Below are positions 1-9,463 of a DNA stretch of 45,323 nucleotides, in pieces. Made by a program: the position numbers and the translations under genes. How positions within the stretch are numbered: position 1 is the first letter of the stretch; the number at the start of each line of letters is the position of its first letter. Source of the DNA: a virus (lineage: Duplodnaviria; Caudoviricetes); the IMG/VR virus record IMGVR_UViG_3300028840_005170, positions 1 to 45,323 of that record; one strand, 5' to 3'. The notes beneath the pieces are model-generated. The model was not told the origin of the DNA and did not search any database. It saw only the letters and a list, made by a program, of their open reading frames with translations.

Positions 1-144
1 GATGTATCGTGAAGTCGAATCTCGTAGACCTTCTCGTCGACTTCCTCTTCCTCAGCTTGGCCTAGCTGCCGGAAGGGTGGCGAGGCTGCGAGCAGTTGCT
101 TGAAATCGTCAGCGGTGTGGCCCATCTGTAAGAAGTATTCGTCC
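1..144. repeat. Terminal direct repeat, left copy (circular assembly overlap)
   Basis: 1-144 is identical to 45180-45323 and lies inside one continuous reading frame, so the unit genome is ~45,179 bp. Confidence 0.97.
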
Positions 145-950
145 ACACCGCCCGTCGGAAAATCCTTGGTAGACATGGGCAGGTGCACGATGTTGACAGA
201 TGCCGCATAGGTCACGACCCCGCGAGCTACCTTCGCAGCCCCTTCCTTCCCAGCCTTATCAATATCGAAACAGACCCAGACGACTTTGTCCACGAACAGC
301 GGATTCCATTCGGCTGCCCATGTCTTGGCTCCGCCGGTTGGAGAGATAGCGTTGAATCCCTCTTGTCGCAGGAGCAGGGCCTTCATTTCACCTTCGGCTA
401 CGATGATGGCTTCGCTGTCGAGCGCGGAGAGTGGATAGAGTCGCCGCTTCCCGTGGCCCGCCATATTCACCATCTTCTGTTTGGCGGTGGGCGACCACAT
501 CCTGACATTGACGACCTCGCCCAAATCATCGTAGACCGGAATGGTGACACGGCCGCGGAAAAGGCCCAAGCCATACTCTTCACACGTTGCAACCGTTAGG
601 CCCTTACGGCGAAGGAGAGTGTCGAGCATCTTGGCATCGGTGAGTAAATCACCGTGCCACTTTTCGATAAGGGTGGGGTCGATAATGTCGGCGTCCGCGT
701 CTCCGCGAAGCCCGACCATCTTGAGGACCGCGTTGCGGGAGACCTTGAGTCGACCTTGCAGAAAATATACAAGGTCGCCCTTCGCCCCGCACGCGAGACA
801 GTGGAATACCTGCTGGTCTATGTTCAGCCCGCACGAGGGGTTCGTGTCCTTATGGAAAGGACACAGTGTCTTGAATTCCGACTCGTCAGCGGTCGGCTCT
901 AGCGACACCTCGTAGCGGTCAAGAACCTCTTGTGGACTGTCTAATTTCAT
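1..950 (-). CDS. N-terminal DnaG-type primase part (CHC2 zinc finger + TOPRIM) of a ~939-aa primase-MCM helicase that continues across the join into 45323..43310; absent from the ORF track
   Basis: Hand translation from ATG at 950: MKLDSPQEV...CPFHKDTNPSC...FHCLACGAKGD...RVTIPVYD...IIVAEGEMKA...VWVCFDIDKAG...DEYFLQMGHTADDF; in frame with the 664-aa ORF; SD GGTGAGG upstream. Confidence 0.92.
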   Translation of the reverse strand, partial: MKLDSPQEVLDRYEVSLEPTADESEFKTLCPFHKDTNPSCGLNIDQQVFHCLACGAKGDLVYFLQGRLKVSRNAVLKMVGLRGDADADIIDPTLIEKWHGDLLTDAKMLDTLLRRKGLTVATCEEYGLGLFRGRVTIPVYDDLGEVVNVRMWSPTAKQKMVNMAGHGKRRLYPLSALDSEAIIVAEGEMKALLLRQEGFNAISPTGGAKTWAAEWNPLFVDKVVWVCFDIDKAGKEGAAKVARGVVTYAASVNIVHLPMSTKDFPTGGVDEYFLQMGHTADDFKQLLAASPPFRQLGQAEEEEVDEKVYEIRLHDT

Positions 951-956
951 GGAGCC

Positions 957-1013
957 TCACCCGAAGGTGAAGAGCGGGCCCCGTCTTGGCCGGATAGACA
1001 GGTGCCCACTCTC
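957..1013 (-). promoter_or_regulatory. Two tandem RNA hairpins before the primase-helicase start; the second (UCACC-UUCG-GGUGA) overlaps the SD
   Basis: Minus strand GAGAGTGGGC-A-CCTGTCT...AGACGGG-GCCCGCTCTT, then a C(UUCG)G tetraloop stem whose 3' arm is the SD GGTGAGG. Confidence 0.55.
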
Positions 1014-1039
1014 CACTGCCGATAGAAAGGGCGAGGTTC

Positions 1040-1807
1040 CTAGACCTCGGAATTCGCCGTATCGGCATCGGGCTCGGGCTCTTCGGGCGTCGTGCCCACG
1101 GTCGACTTCTTGAGTTCCTCGTGGAGCTTGGTGAGCACCTCGAAGACGTCGGACGGGGTCCAGCCGGCATTCTCGAACTCGAATGCCCAGTACTGGGTGT
1201 TGAGCTTGCGATTGGTCTCCTCGTTCGGGCCGAACGTGTACTTGCCGGCGAAGAGCGGGACGTTGCCCCGCATCTTGGCGAGCGTCAGGAGCTTGCGGCC
1301 GTGCTTGAGGTTCGACTTCGCACAGCCGATGCAGAACATCTTGCTGGCGTCGGCAGTCCCATCGGGACCGAGCGGCTGGACGAGGAACACGAGGTAGGCG
1401 GTGACCGCTCGCACCTCGCGACCGTCCTTCAGCGTCCGCATTTCGCCGGCGTAGTACCGCCTCGCCAGCTCACCCTCGCGGTCGCGGGAGTATTCAATCA
1501 TCCCGCCACCCTCGTCGCGCGGCTGCCACTCAATCCACTCGTGCCAGAACAGCACGGGGATGAACTCGATGGGCTGGTCCTCGCAGCCGACGATGATGTC
1601 GCCGGTCACCGAGTTCACGATGTCTCCCGCCGAGAACTTCTTCTCCTTCACCTGCGGGGAGAGGTCTTGCATCAGGACGGCCCGCGGGAAGAGCAGGTCC
1701 TTTTGCTCGACGTCCTCCAGACCTTGCTGACCCTCGGTGATGTAGTCGGGGCGAGCGGGCACGCCGGCTGCTTTCGCCGGCAGGTTCTTGTCACTCTTCT
1801 TACCCAT
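1040..1807 (-). CDS. Putative phage single-stranded DNA-binding protein
   Basis: DLLFPRAVLMQDLSPQV segment, aromatic beta-rich core, acidic C-tail (EEPEPDADTANSEV), located next to the primase-helicase. Confidence 0.6.
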   Translation of the reverse strand: MGKKSDKNLPAKAAGVPARPDYITEGQQGLEDVEQKDLLFPRAVLMQDLSPQVKEKKFSAGDIVNSVTGDIIVGCEDQPIEFIPVLFWHEWIEWQPRDEGGGMIEYSRDREGELARRYYAGEMRTLKDGREVRAVTAYLVFLVQPLGPDGTADASKMFCIGCAKSNLKHGRKLLTLAKMRGNVPLFAGKYTFGPNEETNRKLNTQYWAFEFENAGWTPSDVFEVLTKLHEELKKSTVGTTPEEPEPDADTANSEV

Positions 1808-1873
1808 TGCATCATTCTCCATTCGTCGGGTTCAGTTCATCGTTTGCACTACAGCCGCGCCCTCCAATCGCGG

Positions 1874-2506
1874 TTACCTGCCCGGCTTTCGCCGGACGCC
1901 TACCGATGCTTTCACATACGTGGACACACCGGGCGGGATAGCCTCGCCTGCTTCTAGCAGAGCTTGACAAAGCCGCTCAAGTTCCTTCGAGTTGACCTGG
2001 ACCCGCATCAGGTCGGCAATCTCGTGGTTGGGATGCTCCTCGAACCACTCACGGAAATCATCCCAGCTATCCTCTTGCGGCTTCGGATACTTGGACAGGT
2101 ACGAATTCGCTTTCGCTGTGAAAGTATGCGTCGTCGTCTCACACTTGAGTAGCCCGGCTTCGGCGATGGCGATGCACAGAGCTTCCTCGACGCCCGGCAA
2201 CTTGCGATTGATGGTCTTCAGTGCTTCCTTGAGCGCGGCCTTCACGGACCGCAAGGCGAGCACCAGCGCGGCAGCGTCGGCAATGTTGCACGTGGGAGCC
2301 TTGCCATGTATGCCCTCCACGGCATCCCTGGCAGCCTTATTGGTGGTGAGCGCGGCGAGCAACGCATCGCGGAACTCGGTCCGATGCCAGCCATCGCTCG
2401 TGTAATACATCGCTGCGGTCGGGAGACCCTCCTGGAGATTCCCTAACGTCTCCACGAGGTCCGCGTCCTCTTCCGCAGCCTCTTCCCACGGCTCAGGATT
2501 CGTCAT
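1874..2506 (-). CDS. Replication-module protein (Gp157-like coiled coil)
   Basis: Helical core and C-terminal KELERLCQALLEAGEAIPPGV resemble siphovirus Gp157-like proteins found beside SSB/helicase genes. Confidence 0.45.
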   Translation of the reverse strand: MTNPEPWEEAAEEDADLVETLGNLQEGLPTAAMYYTSDGWHRTEFRDALLAALTTNKAARDAVEGIHGKAPTCNIADAAALVLALRSVKAALKEALKTINRKLPGVEEALCIAIAEAGLLKCETTTHTFTAKANSYLSKYPKPQEDSWDDFREWFEEHPNHEIADLMRVQVNSKELERLCQALLEAGEAIPPGVSTYVKASVGVRRKPGR

Positions 2507-2795
2507 TGTAGACACGCTCCAGATACTTGCTGGTCTTGGAATGGAATAGCAGGAGCTTGACGTGCCCATCCTCGGCGAGAATGAGCTGGAACACGATGGC
2601 GTTCATCAGGGCAGGGCCACTGAGGAGCAGCCAATCGCCCCGCTCAAACTCGCGGAGCTTCTCGGCGGCTACCTCCCGGAGCCGCTGCGGATTGAAAATC
2701 TCCGAGCTATCGTCGAAGATAATCCGAATCTCACCGAACACCTCAGCGGCGGCAAAGCTGTGCCCCGCACTTTTCGGAATCCACACCTTAGCCAT
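2493..2795 (-). CDS. Hypothetical protein, 100 aa
   Basis: Tight overlaps with both neighbours, SD AGGAG, alpha/beta pattern (GDWLLLSGP). Confidence 0.7.
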   Translation of the reverse strand: MAKVWIPKSAGHSFAAAEVFGEIRIIFDDSSEIFNPQRLREVAAEKLREFERGDWLLLSGPALMNAIVFQLILAEDGHVKLLLFHSKTSKYLERVYNDES

Positions 2796-4659
2796 TGCCG
2801 TTCTCCTGAAGGTTTTCGCGGTTGCCCAGTAGGACTGCTCGCACCGATTCCATGCTCTTGACTTCGTCGGAGATGTCCCGTTTCATCTGGAGCTTTGCCG
2901 CGATGTGCTCGTCGATAGAACCCGGGCACACGAGGTCGATGTAGGTAACGTTGTTCCGCTGCCCGATACGATGGCTTCGGTCTTCGGCTTGAGCCCGCTT
3001 GTCGTAGCTGTAATCGTTGGAATAGAAAACCTGCGTGCAGCAAGGCCGGCCCTCAGTGCCGATGAGCGTCAGCCCCATCCCGCCAGTTCCTGGTTCGCCG
3101 ATGAGCACACGAGCAGGGCCTTCATTGAAGTCCACTTCGATGGTCTCCCGCTCGCGGTCCGGTGTCTTGCCGGTGAGTGTCAGGTAGGGGATGTTCGCCT
3201 TATCGAGGGCTGCGGAAATTGCATCGACGTCGTAGTGGAACCGTGCCCAGACCACGACCTTCTGGTTTGCGGGCACCTCGTCCTCGAGGATTTCCATCAG
3301 GGCTTGGAGCTTGCCGTCACCATCAGGGATGGGGACGATTTTGCCATGCGTCTGCGTGTCCTTCACGAAGCCCTGTGTAATCTGCGAGAGGCGGAGAATC
3401 ATGGCAATGAAGGCGCGTGCTTCCACCACCCCATCGCTCGCATCGACCGCAGCCTGCATCTCGGCCATGTACCAGCCCGCCATCTGGTCGTAGAGTTCGC
3501 GTTGCCGCTTGCCCATCGGAACGTGGCGGACCGAGTAGACCTTCTCGGGCAGGTCCAGGCATTGGTCTTTCGTAACGATGAAGGAGTGGCGAGCCACCCG
3601 CCGCTTGAGTTCGTCGAGCTTCTCTCGACCCCAGCGACCACCCTCGCCCGCCCAGTCACTCCGCTTGCGAACCGAATCGTAGCGGTTGCGGAAGGCATTG
3701 TAGGTGCTGTAGCCCAGCACGCCCTGTTGCAGGAACTCGAATTGCGAATAGAGGTCGAACACTCCATTGGTGACGGGGTTGCCTGAGAGAATGATGCGTC
3801 GGTGAGCCGTTTCCCCGACCTCTCTCGCGGCTTTGCTACGGCTGGCTGAGGGCGACTTGATTTTGGTGGACTCGTCGCACACCATCAAGTCGAACTCAAG
3901 GGCCTTCAGACCTTCGAGCATACTGCCCACCCGCTCGTAGTTCGTCAACACGATACGAAGCCGTGCATCCGAACGAATCAAGTGGATGAGTTGCTCCATT
4001 CCGTTGTTCCCTGTGCGAAGTCGAATGATGTGCCTCGATAGCTCAACTGGGAGCCACTTGGCCAGTTCATTCCGCCAGGTTCCGATGATAGTCTTGGGGC
4101 AGACCACCAGCACATTGTAGTGCTTCCGGCCCTGGATGCACTCCGCTATCTCGTCGCACACCACCTTCGTCTTGCCCGTGCCCATTTCCATGAACAGAGC
4201 GAAGAACTCTTGATTGTGGAGAGCGTCGAGAGCAACGGCTTGGTGATGGTAGGGCTTGCGAACCGGGAAGAAGTCGCGTTTCCCGGTGCTCGCATCCCGC
4301 ACCCTCACATGGCAGCGGCTGGGATACTGAAAGGTAGAGACCGAAAGCTCAGGGTCGTCGAACAGATACTTCCAACGACGTTTCTCCCGAGCCTGGGCAA
4401 GCTCGATGGTGCGTTCCCAGTACTCGAGGAATACCTGAGCGTCATCGTCAACCTCAACGAGTTCTGGAGCGAACTCGGTGCGGAAGTGGACGATGTTCGG
4501 CTCGGTGGCAGGCACCACCCAGTAGCCGTCAGCCCGATGCCGCTGTTCAGGGAACCTGCGAATCTGCCTCCGCAGGTAGAAGGCCCGCGTATCGCTCTCA
4601 TCCAGGTCCACGCGGAAAGACCTGGCGTCGTAGACTCCCAGCTTCATCGGCCTCGACAT
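2788..4659 (-). CDS. SNF2-family (SF2) DNA helicase/ATPase
   Basis: MEMGTGKT, VCDESTKIK, LSGNP, KVVVWARF, GGMGLTL, QAEDRSHRIGQ motifs; SD AGGAGA. Confidence 0.93.
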   Translation of the reverse strand: MSRPMKLGVYDARSFRVDLDESDTRAFYLRRQIRRFPEQRHRADGYWVVPATEPNIVHFRTEFAPELVEVDDDAQVFLEYWERTIELAQAREKRRWKYLFDDPELSVSTFQYPSRCHVRVRDASTGKRDFFPVRKPYHHQAVALDALHNQEFFALFMEMGTGKTKVVCDEIAECIQGRKHYNVLVVCPKTIIGTWRNELAKWLPVELSRHIIRLRTGNNGMEQLIHLIRSDARLRIVLTNYERVGSMLEGLKALEFDLMVCDESTKIKSPSASRSKAAREVGETAHRRIILSGNPVTNGVFDLYSQFEFLQQGVLGYSTYNAFRNRYDSVRKRSDWAGEGGRWGREKLDELKRRVARHSFIVTKDQCLDLPEKVYSVRHVPMGKRQRELYDQMAGWYMAEMQAAVDASDGVVEARAFIAMILRLSQITQGFVKDTQTHGKIVPIPDGDGKLQALMEILEDEVPANQKVVVWARFHYDVDAISAALDKANIPYLTLTGKTPDRERETIEVDFNEGPARVLIGEPGTGGMGLTLIGTEGRPCCTQVFYSNDYSYDKRAQAEDRSHRIGQRNNVTYIDLVCPGSIDEHIAAKLQMKRDISDEVKSMESVRAVLLGNRENLQENGNG

Positions 4660-4717
4660 CTCTGTCTCCTTTCAATTCTGTCAACTGTAGCCGAACCATC
4701 TTCGGTTCAGTGTGCTC

Positions 4718-4746
4718 ATTATATCAGAAGGAGCAGAGCTTGTCAA
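4718..4746 (-). promoter_or_regulatory. sigma70-type promoter of the replication operon
   Basis: TTGACA-17 bp-TATAAT, perfect consensus with an extended -10 TG. Confidence 0.9.
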
Positions 4747-4770
4747 TAGAGCACTTGCCTATATGGCCAA

Positions 4771-5502
4771 TTACTTTTGCCTGCTGTGACGGAAGTCTCC
4801 CGCCCGTGTACGCGGTGCTCGCCCATCAAGTTCTACGACCACTCGCCGGATATCAGTATAGGGAAGGAAGGCATTGATAGGGCTTTCCGCCGTACCCGAC
4901 CGCAGTTCCAATCCCAATTTCCGCAGCGTCGGTGTCAAGGCTTGCAACGCAGCCGCGAGCCGGTCGTAGAGTCGCTGATTGGAATCTCGCTTGGCTACGG
5001 TGAGTGTCTTGTCGTGGCAGTAGTGCTTGACACGATTGTTGAAGTCGCAGCCCAGCAAGTAGAGCTTGCGGATTCCGAAATGCAGGGCGAGGTGAATCGG
5101 ATACCACAAGCTGGCTTTGTCCCAGCAGAACTTCGTGGCCGCATACTTCTTGAATTCCTCAAGCAGCGGATACCGCAGGTCTTCCATGAAGTAGATGTGC
5201 GGGACGAACTTGATTGGCTCGCCCATCACCGTGTCGAATTGGCGAGCGAGGCGTGTGAACTTGGGCATTGGGCGGTGCCACAACGCTCGATGATAGCAGT
5301 CGGGCTTGTCAGCCCCTACCCACACGTCAGCGGGCACCGAGGGCCACGCGGTGTTGAGAGCCAACACGACGCGACCCCAACCGCGATAGTCATCGCCCTC
5401 TCGCAGCGATGGCCCGGGGCAACAGAGGATGCCGACCTGATTCCGATAGAGGTCTCGCAAGTCGACCTCGACCATCTCACCAGCGATACTTCGCCAAATC
5501 AT
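4771..5502 (-). CDS. DUF115/MAF-like (Maf/sialyltransferase-type fold) putative glycosyltransferase
   Basis: ILCCPGPSL, LALN, ALHFGIRKLYLLGCDF, ESPINAF motifs. Confidence 0.6.
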   Translation of the reverse strand: MIWRSIAGEMVEVDLRDLYRNQVGILCCPGPSLREGDDYRGWGRVVLALNTAWPSVPADVWVGADKPDCYHRALWHRPMPKFTRLARQFDTVMGEPIKFVPHIYFMEDLRYPLLEEFKKYAATKFCWDKASLWYPIHLALHFGIRKLYLLGCDFNNRVKHYCHDKTLTVAKRDSNQRLYDRLAAALQALTPTLRKLGLELRSGTAESPINAFLPYTDIRRVVVELDGRAPRTRAGDFRHSRQK

Positions 5503-6460
5503 TTACCTTCTCCACAATGCGTTCCCAGCGTCCGCGCATGGCCTCGAGTGAATACTCAGTGGCAATGCGGGCGAGCGCGTTCTCGGCCAAACGCTCACGG
5601 AGCTTTTGATTCAGGAGCAGAGCTACAATCTGCACCGCGGCTTCGCGAGGTGTGCGATTCAACAATCCATTCTGGCGATGCGTAATCTGGTCGAGAATCC
5701 CGCCAGCCGCATCGGCTACCGTAGGAAGGCCTGCGGCAAGCATCTCCATCGGGGCAATCCCGAATCCCTCTTGACAGCCAACTGTGTAGAATCCGAGGTC
5801 GAGACCTGCGAGGAATTCCCACTTGGCCTGACCGACGGCTGGCTCCAGAAGTTCATACTCGAAGTCAGCGTCGCGGAAAAACCGGTCAAAGCCCGCCAAG
5901 CCCAAAGCGCGGAGCCGGATAGAGTGCCGCGAGCGAGCTACTAGGTTCAACGAGGCGACCAGCTTCGTGGAGAGCTTCTGGGCTCTGGGCGAAGCCACGA
6001 GGCCGATGCTGGGCTTCTCTGATAGAACATAGCTCTGCTTACGGCAAGGCGGCTCAGGCAAGCCTGGGGCTGCGGCAGGGAGCGACACATTCGTAGTCTG
6101 CTCGATGAGGCGGGCCCCGAAGCTGTTGACGCTCACATCAAGGCAGTAGGGCCGCAGGCCGTTGAGCCGAAGCGGGAAGCCATGCGTCACCGACACCACG
6201 GGCTTGCCACTGGAGCGATAGTTTGGGGCTCGGGAGGATTGATTGTGCATCACCAACACATCCGCATCGGGCTCGATGGGATAATGCTGGCCGAAGGTGA
6301 GCACGATGCCCGCATCCTGCAAGAGGGCTTGAGCATCTGGGTGGACCGAATGCCGCACATGCACCGCGTGTTCCCAATCAGGCGTAGCGGCTATCAGACT
6401 GAGGATGTAGTGCTCGACACCCCCAATCCACCAGTAGTTGCTGAAATGCTGGAGCTTCAT
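5477..6460 (-). CDS. GT-B (GT4-like) glycosyltransferase
   Basis: N-terminal IGGVEHY and EGFGIAPMEMLAAGLPTVA...GGILDQI...NGLL (EX7E); SD GAGGAG. Confidence 0.9.
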   Translation of the reverse strand: MKLQHFSNYWWIGGVEHYILSLIAATPDWEHAVHVRHSVHPDAQALLQDAGIVLTFGQHYPIEPDADVLVMHNQSSRAPNYRSSGKPVVSVTHGFPLRLNGLRPYCLDVSVNSFGARLIEQTTNVSLPAAAPGLPEPPCRKQSYVLSEKPSIGLVASPRAQKLSTKLVASLNLVARSRHSIRLRALGLAGFDRFFRDADFEYELLEPAVGQAKWEFLAGLDLGFYTVGCQEGFGIAPMEMLAAGLPTVADAAGGILDQITHRQNGLLNRTPREAAVQIVALLLNQKLRERLAENALARIATEYSLEAMRGRWERIVEKVNDLAKYRW

Positions 6461-6476
6461 TCTCGGTCTCCTCGGT

Positions 6477-6740
6477 CTAGGGCTGAACCGCGGCCGTGGT
6501 CGACACGCCCGCCTCTGAATCAATTTCCTCCTTGGTCTTGCCAACGAGTCTGCCAAGAGCATCGGTACGGTCGTCGGCTAGCTCATTGGGATATGGGTCC
6601 ACGACTTCCCACTTGAGATGCCCCGCTCCACCGAAGGTATTGGGCTCGTGAATCCGAGCCATGGTCGAGCCATCCTCATTGAGGATGCGGACCACCTTGC
6701 CCGCTGGAATGTCCCGAGCCGTGATTACCAAGTCAGCCAT
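6477..6740 (-). CDS. Small hypothetical tail-associated protein
   Basis: ATG overlaps the stop of the tail protein (TGATG). Confidence 0.65.
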   Translation of the reverse strand: MADLVITARDIPAGKVVRILNEDGSTMARIHEPNTFGGAGHLKWEVVDPYPNELADDRTDALGRLVGKTKEEIDSEAGVSTTAAVQP

Positions 6741-9454
6741 CAATCACTCGCTTGCTTGAACCAGTATTTTGTCAGCGTGATAGCGTAGTTCGAGGACGCC
6801 GCATTCTTACCATTGACCACGCCCTTTATTTGATGCCAGCCGGTTGTCGTGATTGTAACCGCACCCGACTTTACAACGTTCAAGACCGAGGCTGCGGAAT
6901 ACCAGTCTTGCCCGGAGATGACCTTGACACCATCGACATACCAATCCAGCTTTCCTCGATTCGTAGTTGTTCGGCCCAGCACGTAGAAGGTATAGGTTCC
7001 CGCCGTAAGATAGCAGCCATGCGTAAAGGTATCTCCATCGACATAGGGCAACTGAACGGCATAACCATTATACATCATATTATTGGCACCGCCCGCCACG
7101 GTGCTAATGGTGATGGCTCCACCTGAAAGTACGGTAGCCTCGTCGTGCCACATCGTGTGCCGCTTGACTTGAATCGCTCCGCCACCACCGCCGCCACTCT
7201 CGCCTTCAGTATAGAGCAGCGAACCGCTAAAGTGCGAGTCGTTATCACCGCCATAGATGCCCATCGGATTGGCGGGATTACTCATGTGCATAATCCGCAC
7301 CCGCACCTTGTCTCCAGCATCCATCAGGTAGTTGCCAACTACGGTAAGCCCGCCCGATGGGTCAGTCGGCGGCACTACGGCGATTGCTGGCGTGAAGTCG
7401 GGATACCGAGACATCATCGTCCAGCCACCGCCAACGATGGGGAAGTATTCAAGCCACAGCCACCACTGGGTCGTGGCATTGATGTCAATCATCGTGGAGA
7501 CTTGAGCCTCGAACTTGTAGTAGCCATTCTCCAAGCACGTGTACTCATAATTCACGATGTCATAGTTGCCACCGTCATCGTGAATCCACGCATCCGCAGC
7601 CCCACCAGCCGAAAGGTCTTTATCAAAGGTCACCGTCGTCGCAACACCACTTGCGATGGGCCCCTGCGAGCTACCGGTAATTACTGCGTGGAATGAGTGG
7701 TCGCAGCAGGGCCCGCCCGAGGCATCGGCCCCAGCCTCGCCCGTCTCGCCCTTCTCCCCAGTGTCGCCCTTCTCCCCCGTGATTCCATCGCCCGTCGGAC
7801 CGGTGACGACGTCGGCGGCGAGCCCGAACGTGTACCACTTGCCTACGGAGGGCGTGCCTGGGATGCGAAATATGGCCACCTTGTCGCCAACGGCGAGGGA
7901 GCCAATTCCGGGCAAGGGAATCACATTGAAGGACGCGACCTCATTCGTGGCAAAGTCAGGATTCTCGTCGGGCTCGTCGGCATCCACTGGGAAATCGTCG
8001 CACCGCAATTCGACATCGACCTTGAGGAATGGAATCACTTCCTCACCGCTATCACCCGAGGGGTCTTCCACGATTTCAGTAATGAACCCGACGTAGCGTT
8101 CCCGCCCCGCATTCTGGTCCATGGTCTTGCGAGGCAGCGAATTGCCGACGGAGGGATTCGTTTCAGTAGTGTCGATATGCCCAAGCTCGTACTCGCACGA
8201 AATCTCATTCTCGAACACGACCTTGAGCTTGGCGAATACCGTGGAGGGCACCAGTTCAACCGCATCGTAGTCGATTACTCGACACCTGAATCGCCATGGG
8301 AAGGGAGCAAGGTATTCCCCTGCGTCGTTCTTGGCTCCCTCACCGATATCGGTAATGGTGCATTCCCACTGGGCTCCTGCGTAGCGGAGCAACATTTCAT
8401 CCGCATACTTCTGAGCCATATTGGAATCGCGGATTTCAGGACAGCGGAAAATCCGTGTCTGGCGAGCGGTATCGGGCAAGCCCGTCTCACCAGTACCGCT
8501 TGGCCCCGTGGACGCATCCACATAGGGATTGTAGTAAGCGTCCTTGAACCGATAGGTCGCGGGATAGTTCTCGTACTTGATACCGCCCTCGATGACGGCT
8601 TTCCCGATGGCTCGGTCATTCCCCTTCTTGAGGCCAAGCTCCTCGACCTCACCCGCTACGTAAACCATCAGCCGCTCGTTGACGGCATCCACCGGAAGTT
8701 CCTTGATGTAGTAACTTCCATAGGGACTCCAGCCCCAACACTTGCCGCACATGACGGCAAGGTGCTCCATGATTTGTTTGCCGTTGAGTGTTCCATCAAA
8801 CTTGAGACCGGTCACGGTGACCGTCGGAGAAATCATCGACTCCTCGACTGCCTCGAAGTCGCCCATGTAATTGAGCATTACTTTCTGGCCGATGGATTCT
8901 CCATATTGCGTCTGCGGGTCGTCATCGTGCACTTCCTCCCCGAAATCCGGGTCCATCTCATCGCCGCCGCCGACGGTCCACGCCTTATTCGTCCACGTGC
9001 CGTCGTTGTTATACTTGAATCCATCGCCGACACCGGGGAAGCAGCCATCCTTTTCCGAGCCCGGATACTTCTCGGCCATCTTCCCCGCTTGCCCAATGCA
9101 ATTCACCTCCAGCTCGCCGTTGAGACCCTGCGAGTAGGTGTCGATTTGGCCCTGATACCATTTCCCCGGTGGGCAGACACCACCCGTCTCCTCGCTCGAC
9201 GCCTCATCGGTCGAGCCGTGTGTGGTAGAATCATAAAGGTGAATCCAGCGACCCAACTCGAATTCGGCAAGGGCTGCCGGCGAATCCCATTCCAGCACCG
9301 TAGTTAGCGTCGCTGTGCCACAACCGCCATTGAGGTTGAGTTCAAACTCTGCCGAGAGCACGTCATTGGAGACATCATCGCCATCGGCAATGGGGTCGAC
9401 CGGATTCGCAACACTCCCCTCAGGGTCGTCTGTGATATAGCACTTGCCGTACAT
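6740..9454 (-). CDS. Tail tip/receptor-binding protein: hub-like N-terminus, short collagen repeat, C1q-like domain, C-terminal beta-sandwich
   Basis: Second gene after the tape measure; GEKGDTGEKGETGEAG; SFHAV..VTFD..YTC..NGYYKF..GDKVRV..FSGSLL; GGGGG linker. Confidence 0.75.
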   Translation of the reverse strand: MYGKCYITDDPEGSVANPVDPIADGDDVSNDVLSAEFELNLNGGCGTATLTTVLEWDSPAALAEFELGRWIHLYDSTTHGSTDEASSEETGGVCPPGKWYQGQIDTYSQGLNGELEVNCIGQAGKMAEKYPGSEKDGCFPGVGDGFKYNNDGTWTNKAWTVGGGDEMDPDFGEEVHDDDPQTQYGESIGQKVMLNYMGDFEAVEESMISPTVTVTGLKFDGTLNGKQIMEHLAVMCGKCWGWSPYGSYYIKELPVDAVNERLMVYVAGEVEELGLKKGNDRAIGKAVIEGGIKYENYPATYRFKDAYYNPYVDASTGPSGTGETGLPDTARQTRIFRCPEIRDSNMAQKYADEMLLRYAGAQWECTITDIGEGAKNDAGEYLAPFPWRFRCRVIDYDAVELVPSTVFAKLKVVFENEISCEYELGHIDTTETNPSVGNSLPRKTMDQNAGRERYVGFITEIVEDPSGDSGEEVIPFLKVDVELRCDDFPVDADEPDENPDFATNEVASFNVIPLPGIGSLAVGDKVAIFRIPGTPSVGKWYTFGLAADVVTGPTGDGITGEKGDTGEKGETGEAGADASGGPCCDHSFHAVITGSSQGPIASGVATTVTFDKDLSAGGAADAWIHDDGGNYDIVNYEYTCLENGYYKFEAQVSTMIDINATTQWWLWLEYFPIVGGGWTMMSRYPDFTPAIAVVPPTDPSGGLTVVGNYLMDAGDKVRVRIMHMSNPANPMGIYGGDNDSHFSGSLLYTEGESGGGGGGAIQVKRHTMWHDEATVLSGGAITISTVAGGANNMMYNGYAVQLPYVDGDTFTHGCYLTAGTYTFYVLGRTTTNRGKLDWYVDGVKVISGQDWYSAASVLNVVKSGAVTITTTGWHQIKGVVNGKNAASSNYAITLTKYWFKQASD

Positions 9455-9463
9455 GTCTCGGTC

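Noticed and set aside
1-144. 144-bp terminal repeat as a biological terminal repeat or att site
   Set aside because: It falls in mid-gene and the frame reads straight through, so it is best explained as circular assembly overlap
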